Shown one piece after another: positions 9,787 to 19,433 of a DNA stretch of 64,000 bases; position 1 is the stretch's first letter; each line of letters begins with the position of its first letter. The notes under the pieces are model-generated. The model had not been told where the DNA came from, ran no database searches, and worked only from the letters and a program-made list of their open reading frames with translations. The stretch is taken from the NCBI GenBank assembly GCA_965208615.1, contig CBDBPB010000001.1, positions 32,001 through 96,000 on the forward strand, in the 5' to 3' direction. The translations under genes and the position numbers were made by a program. This stretch comes from Spirochaetota bacterium (GTDB taxonomy: Bacteria > Spirochaetota > UBA6919 > CBDBPB01).

Positions 9787-10690
9787 CTGATGAAGGTAAA
9801 AAGGTTATGAAAGAGGTTTTTGACAATGGGGATAAATATAAACATGTAGGTTTAGACTTTGAGTTAGGGCTGGTAAATATATTTATTTGTTACTAATTGT
9901 TTTAGTAGTGTAGAGCAAAGGTACTCTAAGGTAATTTATCTTTTTTAAAACTTAAAAAACACAGATTATGAAGTTATAGAAAGTGTTCTGATGAAGGTAA
10001 AAAGGTTATGAAAGAGGTTTTTGACAATGGGGATAAATATAAACATGTAGGTTTAGACTTTGAGTTAGGGCTGGTAAATATATTTATTTGTTACTAATTG
10101 TTTTAGTAATGTAGATAAAAGGTACTCTAAGGTAATTTATCTTTTTTAAAACTTAAAAAACACAGATTATGAAGTTATAGAAAGTGTTCTGATGAAGGTA
10201 AAAAGGTTATGAAAGAGGTTTTTGACAATGGGGATAAATATAAACATGTAGGTTTAGACTTTGAGTTAGGGCTGATAAGCATATTTATTTGTTACTAATT
10301 GTTTTAGTAGTGTAGATAAAAGGTACTCTAAGGTAGTTTATCTTTTTTTAAAACTTAAAAAACACAGATTATGAAGTTATAGAAAGTGTTCTGATGAAGG
10401 TAAAAAGGTTATGAAAGAGGTTTTTGACAATGGGGATAAATATAAACATGTAGGTTTAGACTTTGAGTTAGGGCTGGTAAATATATTTATTTGTTACTAA
10501 TTGTTTTAGTAGTGTAGATAAAAGGTACTCTAAGGTAATTTATCTTTTTTAAAACTTAAAAAACACAGATTATGAAGTTATAGAAAGTGTTCTGATGAAG
10601 GTAAAAAGGTTATGAAAGAGGTTTTTGACAATGGGGATAAATATAAACATGTAGGTTTAGACTTTGAGTTAGGGCTGGTAAATATATTTA
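9787..10690. repeat. Tandem array of about 4.5 copies of a 201-bp unit
   Basis: CTGATGAAGGTAAAAAGGTTATG recurs at 9787, 9988, 10189, 10391 and 10592; units near-identical, no unique spacers. Confidence 0.97.
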
Positions 10691-10742
10691 TTTTTTTGTT
10701 AAGGTTAAAGGGATATTATTTAATAGTTTAGTTATCATTTTA

Positions 10743-10751
10743 TGATAGAAT
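10743..10751 (+). promoter_or_regulatory. Extended -10 promoter-like motif TGaTAGAAT
   Basis: Matches TGnTAnnnT; conserved in the second copy (about 52327-52335); lies just upstream of the conserved core. Confidence 0.4.
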
Positions 10752-10761
10752 TATGGATAGT

Positions 10762-11160
10762 CATACAAGGTAAAAAGGCAAGACATATAACGTAAAGGGA
10801 AGTGAATTCCAGATTTCTTTGTGGAACAGGAAAATTAAAATATTCATGGAAAAGTTATTTCCTTGTGTCAAGCAGGTTATCCCTTTATGCTCTTTAAGTG
10901 CTGCTTAAATGCCTTAGCAATGAACACAAAATATCACTTTTTATGCAAGTAGTCATCACTACGAGAGCTATTAAGAATCCCTTGCTGAGACTAAGGATTA
11001 TAGACCTTTATTAAGTGTTAACGGATTTATTGTTCTATAAAAGGATAGAGCGGATTATTGGAATATTCTATATTGACTTTATGTGTATATTTCTATGGGA
11101 ATTAAAAATAATAGAACAGCTTATACCTATAAAAATTGATTAACTTAGAACGTTTTTACA
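10762..11160 (+). ncRNA. Candidate structured non-coding RNA, family unassigned
   Basis: No long ORF; nested stems (10775-80/10910-15, 10791-800/10880-89, 10807-11/10822-26, 10828-33/10858-63) with G-U pairs on the + strand; duplicated at 52346. Confidence 0.4.
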
Positions 11161-11351
11161 ATAAACTACTAAAACATTTGATAACAAAATGCCCGATAGA
11201 ATGCTTTTTGTTATATTTGCTAAAACGTTTGTTAACAAGTTAGTCCAAAAAAGGAAAAAAAAAAGAAAGAACAAAAATATTGAGTTAACTTCTGATATGC
11301 TTAATGAAGCTACAATATGGATAGAAGGTTTAGATAAAATTCATAGACCTA

Positions 11352-14300
11352 TTATTTGCCTATACTGCCTTCAACCACACTAACTAAACTATCAAACCTA
11401 TCATTAAATAGACTAATCTGACCCGATATTTGTGTCATTGCATCACCCTCTTTAAGCTTACCTAATGCCTTGCCTTTTTTATAAGTAGACCGAATATAGC
11501 TAAGCCTTTCAGCCTCATCTTGACTTAGCCAGCCAATAAGCTCTTTAAACCTAAGAAGGTTAAACTCAGCTCCAGTAGTAAGAAGTTGCGACTCATCAGT
11601 ATAGTGATTCATAATCAACTGATTAAGCTCCTCTTCATTCATAATAGGAACTACTTTTTCAGCCATCTTATTCATATTACGATAAGATCCTTGAAGTAGA
11701 AAGTTAGGCTCAGTTCTATAATCATCATCTTGAGCGGCAGAATATATGTATTGCTGATTAACTTTTAGTATAACATCTTGGATGACCAACAGCTTTTTAA
11801 AAACATTAACAAACTCTTTAACCTCTTCCATGGAATAGCCTTTTTCAAACTGAATACCTTCTGAACTATTAGTTTTGGCTATTTTAATCATTTCATAAAT
11901 ATCATGTTGACTACGAGATGCTAGCTTATTTAGTACAGTGTTGGATGTTAAACAATTCTCAAGATAAGATAAGTTAAAAACCTCTGCATTACCACCAATA
12001 ATATCCCCCAGATTATATGTATCAGCACGGTTAGCAAGCATATCAGGTACTCTAAACTTCTCACCACTTTCTGTATAAGGGTTGCCAGCCATAACAACAG
12101 CTACTTTCTTACCCCTAAGATCATAGGTTTTAGTTCTACCGTTATAAACTCCTTCAATCTTACGCTGAGCATCACACAAAGAGATAAACTTCTGTAAAAA
12201 CTCTGGATTACAATGTTGAATATCATCCAAATATATCATCACATTATTAGCCATCTCAAAAGCAAGGTTAAGCTTTTCAACCTCCTCTCTGGCAGTGGCA
12301 TTAACCGCCTCATCAGGATCAAGAGAACTAACCTGATTACCAATGGCTGGACCATTGATCTTCATAAAAATAATACCCAAACGATTACTAATATATTCCA
12401 TAAGAGTTGTCTTGCCATAACCCGGTGGAGAGATAAGCATAAGAAGTCCCATAAGGTCAGTACGTTTAGCTCCTCCAAAGGCTCCCATTTGCTTGGCAAG
12501 GTTAGTGCCAATTAGAGGTATATAAATTGAGTCAATCAGCCTATTCCGTACAAAAGAACTCATCACCTTAGGCTTAAACTCATTAAGACGCATATCTTCT
12601 TTTTTTGCTTCAGTTAGTTTTCTCTTCAGCTGAACATAGGCTTTATAGCTAGGGACTGACTCCAAATAAAAACTATTCAACCTAATTATAAAATCACTAA
12701 TATCAAGCTTTAGTGTGTGTCCATCAACTCTTGAATGCTGACCTATTATCCCATTAATTGTACAAATGGTATTAACAGGTTTAACAAGGCTTTTATCCAC
12801 AGTCTTTCGTGTTAAAAGGCTAATAGCCTCAATTAAGAAGTTATTTTTAGAGTGATTGTTCTGTTTTTCGTTATCATTATATTTAACAAAATGGAATAAC
12901 CAATCTTGGATTATAAATAGTTTACTTTCCAAGTCTGAGCCAACTGCCTTAATGGATTCAATAAACTTTTTGCTTGGGTCTTTCTTTTTCAAAAACTTTA
13001 TAAATCCAGCATAAATATCATAAGCATACTTAGTTATAGGAAATAAGTCTGACCCATCTTTTAACTTCTCTAAAAGAAAGTCTGGTATTTGTTTGAGATA
13101 GAGATCATTTACTGGCCAGGATAACTCACTAAAAAAGCTATCCACCATTACTCTAAGCTGTTTAGCGTATTCTTGGTGATAGTCCTGACTATCGGTTAAA
13201 GAATTTAAATAGCCAAAAGACTTAATCTTTTCTCTTAGACAAGTCTTATCCTCAGACTCAGGTGAATAATACCAAAAGATAGCTCCATAAGCTCTTGTGG
13301 ATGGGTGAAACCTAAGAATACCTGCCTCTTGTAAAACAGGATGGATAGTGGTTAATATCTTACAGGCATCCTCATCATGGACTCCTTTTTCATAGCCCTC
13401 ATCATATAGCCCTGACATAAAATCCCTAATGGTTTGTAATAATCTAGAGGGATTAGCAATCTGTTCTTTTAGTTCATTCTTTGATATAGGCTTATTCTCT
13501 GTTTCTATGCTGGTTAAGAATTTATAAGCCAAATATTCAGCACGATAAATACTTTTTGTCTCACTTGGCCATTCTTGTTGCCAAAACCTTTTAGTATTAT
13601 TAAAATCATTATCCTTAATCTTTTCAAAGAACTCAGTCCCAGTAAGATGGTAATACATAGACCCATTACGGTTTACAGTAGTAAGATCAAAAGCTTGTGT
13701 GTTAACAGTAAACTTATGGGAGCCAAAGGTAATTATATTACCTCCGTGCTCAAAAAGGTCTAAACGATCTTTTAGCTGTCTTGCACCGTCCTGTTGTAGG
13801 CTTTTTAGCCTACTAACAACCTCTTCAGACTTAACACTATCCCCAAGATCAAAAAGCTGTTTAACTATATCTTTAACCTTAGCTATCATCATATCAGAGG
13901 CAAAATAGCCGTTTAACTCATCAATGGACTTTAAGGTTTTAGTCCTATTGGATATACCCTTAAGAATACGATCAGCAGAGTTCCAAAGGGATATGGTCTT
14001 ACGATTTAGGCTTTCTTGTAATTGAACCTTACGATTGTCAAAGGCACTATATACCTCATTACGTTTTTCAGTTAGCTTTTCAATGTAGTCCTCAAAGTCA
14101 GAAAACTTACCTTCTAAGCTCTCAATCTGAACCATGACCTTAGTAAGAAGCTCTTCACATTTTTCAACGGTATCAGCCTGATCAATAAAGTTAGTCACCG
14201 ACTGATTAATAAGTTTAAACTGAGAAGAGAACTCAGCCTTAGCCTCATTAGAAAAAAGAGCCTTATAATGCTTTTTATGGATCGCCTTAACCTGATTAAT

Positions 14301-16298
14301 CCTAATATATACATTGGATATATTATCAATGATCTGCGAAGTTTGAGTTGAGTCCTCAATCTTAAGGCTGTTAGTTATATCGGTCAGAAGGTCAACACCA
14401 TTATTAAGCTTATTTATCTCTTTGCTCAGCTTTTTAATTTCGGTTACCTTAGAAAGACTAGGAATAGCCTCTTCAAACTTTTTAAGCTTTTCAAAAAAAG
14501 GAGATAAAGCATGTTTTTCCAAAAGAAAATTAACACAGTTTTGTGATATCTTATCATAGCTATCCCCAACTAATTTTTCAATCTCATCAACCCTATTTAC
14601 CTCAACATACCTAAGGTCTTTTAGGGATATAATATGCCCTCTTTGTATTTGAAGCTTGGTTAAGGAATCAACATACTCATCTACAACTAAAAACTTGGCA
14701 TTTTTTATATTGTCGATTAGTTTATTAGTGTCCTCTTCAGCAGAAGATAGGCTCTTTTCAGTGTTTTCTCTTATGGTAACTACTTTTTCGTATTCATCAA
14801 TAGCATCATTAGCAGTAGTTAATATATCTAGTAATATATCCTTAGGAGCAAAAGCCTCTTTATGATCCAGCCAAAAGTGAAGATCAATGGCATTAGTAAC
14901 CTCTTTTGCAATCTGATGATAAATCCCTAAATAAACCTCTGACTTCTGTAAAAGATTATATATACCCCTAAGGTCGGCTATTCCTTTTACCAATTCTTTA
15001 TTCCCAATCTTAGATAAGTGAGAACTACTATCAGCAGTTATTAGGGAAAAATCTTTAACAAAAGGAGTCTGCCATATTTGTATAGCATGACTCTTTTTAG
15101 AATCATTATCCCCCTTGAAGATAACCATTTTCCCGTTGTCATAAATAGAGAAACCATGACATAATAAAGGATTATCCACCTTTTTGCTAATGATGTTATA
15201 TTGGAGTAATATATATTCCCCAAACTCCTCGTTGTAAAAGATATATAAATAGTCCTCCCCATTGGGAGAGATAATTAACTTAAGAAAACTCATATCACTA
15301 ACATCAAGGCTAAAAGCTTTATAGTCCCCACTTTTAAGATAATACCCTTTTGGGAATATTAAGCCATCATCCTCAGGAAGACGAATAGCACATTGTCTAA
15401 TATCATCAACCCTAACCACTTTTTGGGTCTTCTCGTTAAATATAAAATAACGGTACTCCTTTTCCTGATAAGGCAAAATCTTTAATAAAATTATATGCCC
15501 CATTATAGAGTAGTAAATATCAGCATCATCCAAAGTTTGCTCTTTATGAATAACCTCTTCAGAATATATACCATTACCATCCTCAGTGTTATCCTCAACT
15601 TTAATGGTAATATCCCCCCCAACACTCTCTACAAAAACCTTATCCTCAATAGAGACATGAGGAAAACGACCATATATATTTTGCTCTCTAGTGGTTTTTA
15701 TCCATTCAAAGTCAATCTGTGGTGGATAAGAATAGCCCTTTGCCGATCTACTACCAGCATAAGTTAAAGTGTTATCCTGATTGACCTGCCACGTGAATAT
15801 TCTAATATCACTAGCGGACTTACCAGTCTGAAAGATCATAAAAAGATTAGCGTCTTTCTCAATAAACGTATTAAACGAAGTATCACGGTAATATTGGTAT
15901 AATCCATGAAAGTCTTTTATAAAGTTCTGATCGTTTAGTAAGTTATTCTCAAGGATACTAAAACTGTTATCCTTCATCTCATACAGACTAAATACATCAG
16001 AGACCTTCATCTCTTTCTTTAAACCAATAAAAACATTATATCCAAAAAGAAGCTTATTCCCAAGAGAAAACATATCTCTTGCTACACAGGTGTTATCAGT
16101 AATTATACGATCAGTAGCAATAATCTTATTCTCAAGAACACCAAAAGCCTCTTTTCTTTTTTCATTAAGTTTGTTAACCCTCTCAAAAAGCTGATTGCTA
16201 TAAGCCAAAAGCCTTTTTCGTATTATCTCATAAGCCCCACTCTCAAGGGTTTGTTCATCAGTAGTCTCATCTTGATTTAATATATTTTGTTTAGCCAT
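11352..16298 (-). CDS. Giant 'DNA repair ATPase' (DUF3686-type) AAA+ protein
   Basis: N-terminal GAYEIIRKRL, beta-rich domain, long coiled coil, Walker A PPGYGKTT, Walker B IYLDDIQH, GNPYTESG, PDMLANRAD. Confidence 0.88.
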   Translation of the reverse strand: MAKQNILNQDETTDEQTLESGAYEIIRKRLLAYSNQLFERVNKLNEKRKEAFGVLENKIIATDRIITDNTCVARDMFSLGNKLLFGYNVFIGLKKEMKVSDVFSLYEMKDNSFSILENNLLNDQNFIKDFHGLYQYYRDTSFNTFIEKDANLFMIFQTGKSASDIRIFTWQVNQDNTLTYAGSRSAKGYSYPPQIDFEWIKTTREQNIYGRFPHVSIEDKVFVESVGGDITIKVEDNTEDGNGIYSEEVIHKEQTLDDADIYYSIMGHIILLKILPYQEKEYRYFIFNEKTQKVVRVDDIRQCAIRLPEDDGLIFPKGYYLKSGDYKAFSLDVSDMSFLKLIISPNGEDYLYIFYNEEFGEYILLQYNIISKKVDNPLLCHGFSIYDNGKMVIFKGDNDSKKSHAIQIWQTPFVKDFSLITADSSSHLSKIGNKELVKGIADLRGIYNLLQKSEVYLGIYHQIAKEVTNAIDLHFWLDHKEAFAPKDILLDILTTANDAIDEYEKVVTIRENTEKSLSSAEEDTNKLIDNIKNAKFLVVDEYVDSLTKLQIQRGHIISLKDLRYVEVNRVDEIEKLVGDSYDKISQNCVNFLLEKHALSPFFEKLKKFEEAIPSLSKVTEIKKLSKEINKLNNGVDLLTDITNSLKIEDSTQTSQIIDNISNVYIRINQVKAIHKKHYKALFSNEAKAEFSSQFKLINQSVTNFIDQADTVEKCEELLTKVMVQIESLEGKFSDFEDYIEKLTEKRNEVYSAFDNRKVQLQESLNRKTISLWNSADRILKGISNRTKTLKSIDELNGYFASDMMIAKVKDIVKQLFDLGDSVKSEEVVSRLKSLQQDGARQLKDRLDLFEHGGNIITFGSHKFTVNTQAFDLTTVNRNGSMYYHLTGTEFFEKIKDNDFNNTKRFWQQEWPSETKSIYRAEYLAYKFLTSIETENKPISKNELKEQIANPSRLLQTIRDFMSGLYDEGYEKGVHDEDACKILTTIHPVLQEAGILRFHPSTRAYGAIFWYYSPESEDKTCLREKIKSFGYLNSLTDSQDYHQEYAKQLRVMVDSFFSELSWPVNDLYLKQIPDFLLEKLKDGSDLFPITKYAYDIYAGFIKFLKKKDPSKKFIESIKAVGSDLESKLFIIQDWLFHFVKYNDNEKQNNHSKNNFLIEAISLLTRKTVDKSLVKPVNTICTINGIIGQHSRVDGHTLKLDISDFIIRLNSFYLESVPSYKAYVQLKRKLTEAKKEDMRLNEFKPKVMSSFVRNRLIDSIYIPLIGTNLAKQMGAFGGAKRTDLMGLLMLISPPGYGKTTLMEYISNRLGIIFMKINGPAIGNQVSSLDPDEAVNATAREEVEKLNLAFEMANNVMIYLDDIQHCNPEFLQKFISLCDAQRKIEGVYNGRTKTYDLRGKKVAVVMAGNPYTESGEKFRVPDMLANRADTYNLGDIIGGNAEVFNLSYLENCLTSNTVLNKLASRSQHDIYEMIKIAKTNSSEGIQFEKGYSMEEVKEFVNVFKKLLVIQDVILKVNQQYIYSAAQDDDYRTEPNFLLQGSYRNMNKMAEKVVPIMNEEELNQLIMNHYTDESQLLTTGAEFNLLRFKELIGWLSQDEAERLSYIRSTYKKGKALGKLKEGDAMTQISGQISLFNDRFDSLVSVVEGSIGK

Positions 16299-16346
16299 AG
16301 GTCTTTTCCGTCAATTTATGTGTAATAATTACTCTTTATCTAAAAC

Positions 16347-18359
16347 TTAAAGCCCCAATAGCTTTCCTGTTATAACATCACCTAATCCAGCTTTATCAGC
16401 CATACCCTTAAGCTCAAAAACCTTATTGAGAATACCCTGATCCTTAGTCGATGCGGATAGCTTAGTTAAAAGAGCAGATATACTTAAGTTTTTAATAACT
16501 TCACTGGATAAGCCCACCTCATCCAATAAACTGGTGATACGCTTTATAAGATTATCATCCCCTGATTTCAAAAGAGCATCTTTTAACTCAGTAAGAACTT
16601 TATTGTTCTCAAAGAAAGCACTGGAACTTTTACCATTAGATATTGATTGTGTGATTTTATTAAAGAACTCTGTCTCACCACCCACAATATCAATATTAGC
16701 ATTCTTTAATGCTGCAGATACAACGGTTGAATGATTACCAGCAATATCCTTGTGGATTTTTAACTGCTCCATAGCAACCTTTTCTTCCATAGCAAGCTTT
16801 ATCTTAAACTCTTCATGCTCTTTACCCGACTCATTAAGTAACTTCATAGCCTCAGCCTTTTTTGTTATCATAGTGGCCTCAGCCAAACCCTTTTGTTCAA
16901 TACCAATAGCCTCAGCCTCATAAGCAGCCCTATGAGAAAAAGCCTTAGCCTCACCCATCATTTTAACGGCATTAGCATCAGCCTCTTTGATTTTTACCCC
17001 AGCTAAACCTTTTTCTTTAATACCTTCAGCCTCAGCAAGACTCATCTCTCTAAGACCATCAGCCTCAGCTAACTTTACCTTTTTAATTGCACTAGCCTCA
17101 GCCTCCTTAACCTTAACCTGAGCAAGACCTGTAGCAGACTCTTCTTCAATAATCCCCTTTGCAAGAGTTTGCTTAGCCTCGGATATTTTAATAGATGTTT
17201 TTCTCTCTGTCTCAGCTTTAACCTCTCTTTCTTGAGCATTAGTCTCTGCCTTAACACGAATTACCTCTTTATCACGTTCAACTTCAGCAAAAGCCCTTAT
17301 GTCTTTTGTTTTTTCTTCTTCTTCAGCAATAGCCCTCTCCTTGTTAACCCTTTCACTAATAATATCCGCCATACTTTTTTTCTGATCTTCTATAAGTTTT
17401 ACCTGAGAAAGTCTTTCTATCTCAGTAGCACCTTTTACCCGCTCATCAGCGGCTTTAACATCCCGCTCTTTATTTTTAGAAGCAAGCTCTAATTTTCGAT
17501 CAGTTTCTATTCTCTGAGCATCAGACTTTAAACGCTCCTCTTCAGCAATCTTATTTGCCTCAGCCTCTTCCCTAGATTGAGCAATAGAAATATGAGCCTT
17601 TTGTTTTGCCTCAGCCTCAGCCTTTTGTTTTTCAAGCTCTAGTATTCTCTCAGTAGCCTCAGTCTCCCGCTTTACAACTATCTCTTTCTTTGTTAGAGTA
17701 GCTTCTTTAATTTTCCTTATACCCTCAGCATCCATAATGTTTTCAGGATCCAATTTGCCAACAGGAGTCTGCTCTAAATAATCTATTGCCGTATCCTCTA
17801 AAGTATAGCCATTTAAATCAGTACCAATTTCCTCAATTATGTTCTGCTTAAATATATCCCTTTCTTGAAAGAGTGATTCAAAGTCCATCTTTTTACCAAC
17901 AGTCTTTAATGCCTCAGCAAACTTAGCCTGAAAAAGATCATCCAATGTATCAGTGGTAGAAGCTCTCTCTATACCAATAGTCTGAGCAACAGTTATAACA
18001 TCAGACGACTCATTGTTAACCCTAACATAAAAATTAGCTGATATATCAGCACGAATATTATCCTTACAAATTAATCCATCAATCCCTTTTCGCTCAACAG
18101 TCATCTTTTTAATGGATATGTCCATACTCTCAGCCCTCTGTATGAACGGAAAAACTAAGCCCCATGTAAAAATAACTTTTATACCCTTAATAGATGTACT
18201 GTCATGAAGTTTTGTTTTAATACCAGGACCCATTATAATAAGGGAGTTACCTGGCTCTACCTTCCGTACAAATCTTTTTAAAAAAATTATTATTAGTATA
18301 AATAATATAACCACCCCAATAATAAATACTACTATTCCACTTTCTAAAATGCTAACCAT
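16347..18359 (-). CDS. Flotillin/SPFH family membrane protein (YqiK-like)
   Basis: N-terminal TM, SPFH domain (GLICKDNIRADI..FYVRVN), long EA-rich coiled coil. Confidence 0.9.
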   Translation of the reverse strand: MVSILESGIVVFIIGVVILFILIIIFLKRFVRKVEPGNSLIIMGPGIKTKLHDSTSIKGIKVIFTWGLVFPFIQRAESMDISIKKMTVERKGIDGLICKDNIRADISANFYVRVNNESSDVITVAQTIGIERASTTDTLDDLFQAKFAEALKTVGKKMDFESLFQERDIFKQNIIEEIGTDLNGYTLEDTAIDYLEQTPVGKLDPENIMDAEGIRKIKEATLTKKEIVVKRETEATERILELEKQKAEAEAKQKAHISIAQSREEAEANKIAEEERLKSDAQRIETDRKLELASKNKERDVKAADERVKGATEIERLSQVKLIEDQKKSMADIISERVNKERAIAEEEEKTKDIRAFAEVERDKEVIRVKAETNAQEREVKAETERKTSIKISEAKQTLAKGIIEEESATGLAQVKVKEAEASAIKKVKLAEADGLREMSLAEAEGIKEKGLAGVKIKEADANAVKMMGEAKAFSHRAAYEAEAIGIEQKGLAEATMITKKAEAMKLLNESGKEHEEFKIKLAMEEKVAMEQLKIHKDIAGNHSTVVSAALKNANIDIVGGETEFFNKITQSISNGKSSSAFFENNKVLTELKDALLKSGDDNLIKRITSLLDEVGLSSEVIKNLSISALLTKLSASTKDQGILNKVFELKGMADKAGLGDVITGKLLGL

Positions 18360-18595
18360 GTTATCTCTCCTTAATTTTAGTAATTTAACAACCCATAGCT
18401 ATATGTAAAAGCATATTTATCCTACAAACAGCTAAAAAACAACTCCATGCTATAATCAAAACGCTATAATATATAGATATACTAATTATAGCGTAATAAA
18501 ATATAACAAATTATAGTACAGGTAAATATACATAAAAATTGAAAAAATACTATAGTAAGAAAAGTTTTTTTATAGTTTGTCTGTAAGAATAGATG

Positions 18596-19192
18596 CTAAA
18601 TACCATTATAACTGGATACGTAAAAAATATCTTTCTCCTTATCATATTCATAAATAAGGGCTTCGCTGTTCTTCTTAAGCCCTTCTGATAACTCAGCCCT
18701 TACGTTGATAATAATAGGAGATGCTCCAGTATGTACCCTAGCTATGCCAGACTTTGGACTTACCATTCTAGAAGTAATTAAACAAGTTTTGCCTATAAAG
18801 TCCGCCTTAGACAAAGACTCATTAGTTTCCAATAAACGCTTTAACGGCTTGGTAATAACCTTAGTCAAGATAGTTACCAAAGGAATTAATATAATCGCAC
18901 CAAGTAAAAAACGAAAACTATCATAACCAATAAGCCAAGCAAAATTATTCAATACAGCGCTTATAACTAACGAATATAGCCATATCTGAAAAGTAAAAAC
19001 AGATAGCCAAATAGAAAAAGGAATAGTACCAAGATTTAAAAAAGACCAAAAGCCATCAGCCTCTACTTCAAAATCAAATACCTCAATATCAAAAGCACCT
19101 AAAATAACAGTCAGCCAAAATAAAATAACTATCCCCAATAAAATTGTATATGGCAGGCTAATAGGTTCTAAAACATGAAAAAGAAGCTCCAT
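18596..19192 (-). CDS. NfeD-like/YqiJ (DUF1449-like) membrane protein with C-terminal OB fold
   Basis: Hydrophobic segments, LNLGTIPFSIW, OB-fold pattern FIGKTC.I...V....G.A; upstream of flotillin. Confidence 0.8.
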   Translation of the reverse strand: MELLFHVLEPISLPYTILLGIVILFWLTVILGAFDIEVFDFEVEADGFWSFLNLGTIPFSIWLSVFTFQIWLYSLVISAVLNNFAWLIGYDSFRFLLGAIILIPLVTILTKVITKPLKRLLETNESLSKADFIGKTCLITSRMVSPKSGIARVHTGASPIIINVRAELSEGLKKNSEALIYEYDKEKDIFYVSSYNGI

Positions 19193-19433
19193 AAATATAC
19201 CCTCATAAATATAGTTGTTATAATATAATAGTTTTTAGCTTTGTAGACACTTAATTGATCGTCATAAAAACCTTAAATTAATTATTTATTACATATCTAT
19301 ATATCTATAAAGTATTCGATTACTTTTTCTTTTAATCCAAATTGTTGTTTAAATTATTTAATCTAGTTTTGCACAACGGAATAAAATTATTATTATACTA
19401 ACTTGATAATAAAATATAAAAGGAGTAAAAAAA

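Larger units (their letters stand above)
10492..11186. mobile_element. Putative non-autonomous element (MITE-like), copy 1, bounded by imperfect TGT...ACA inverted repeats
   Basis: Left end TGTTACTAATTGTTTTAGTAGT (also at 9888, 10089, 10290); right end ACTACTAAAACATTTGATAACA ending at 11186; second copy at 52 kb; no transposase. Confidence 0.6.

Noticed and set aside
9820-9850. Sigma70 promoter in each array unit (TTGACA)
   Set aside because: No acceptable -10 box at 16-18 bp spacing
9787-10690. CRISPR array
   Set aside because: Whole 201-bp units repeat with no unique spacers, and there are no cas genes in the window
10976-11020. TPP riboswitch (GCTGAGA motif)
   Set aside because: Lacks the downstream CCTGA...AGCG(T)AGGGA elements and is not upstream of a thiamine gene
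11189-11383. 64-aa ORF right of the element
   Set aside because: No RBS, contains an A-run and overlaps the ATPase 3' end; at most a gene remnant
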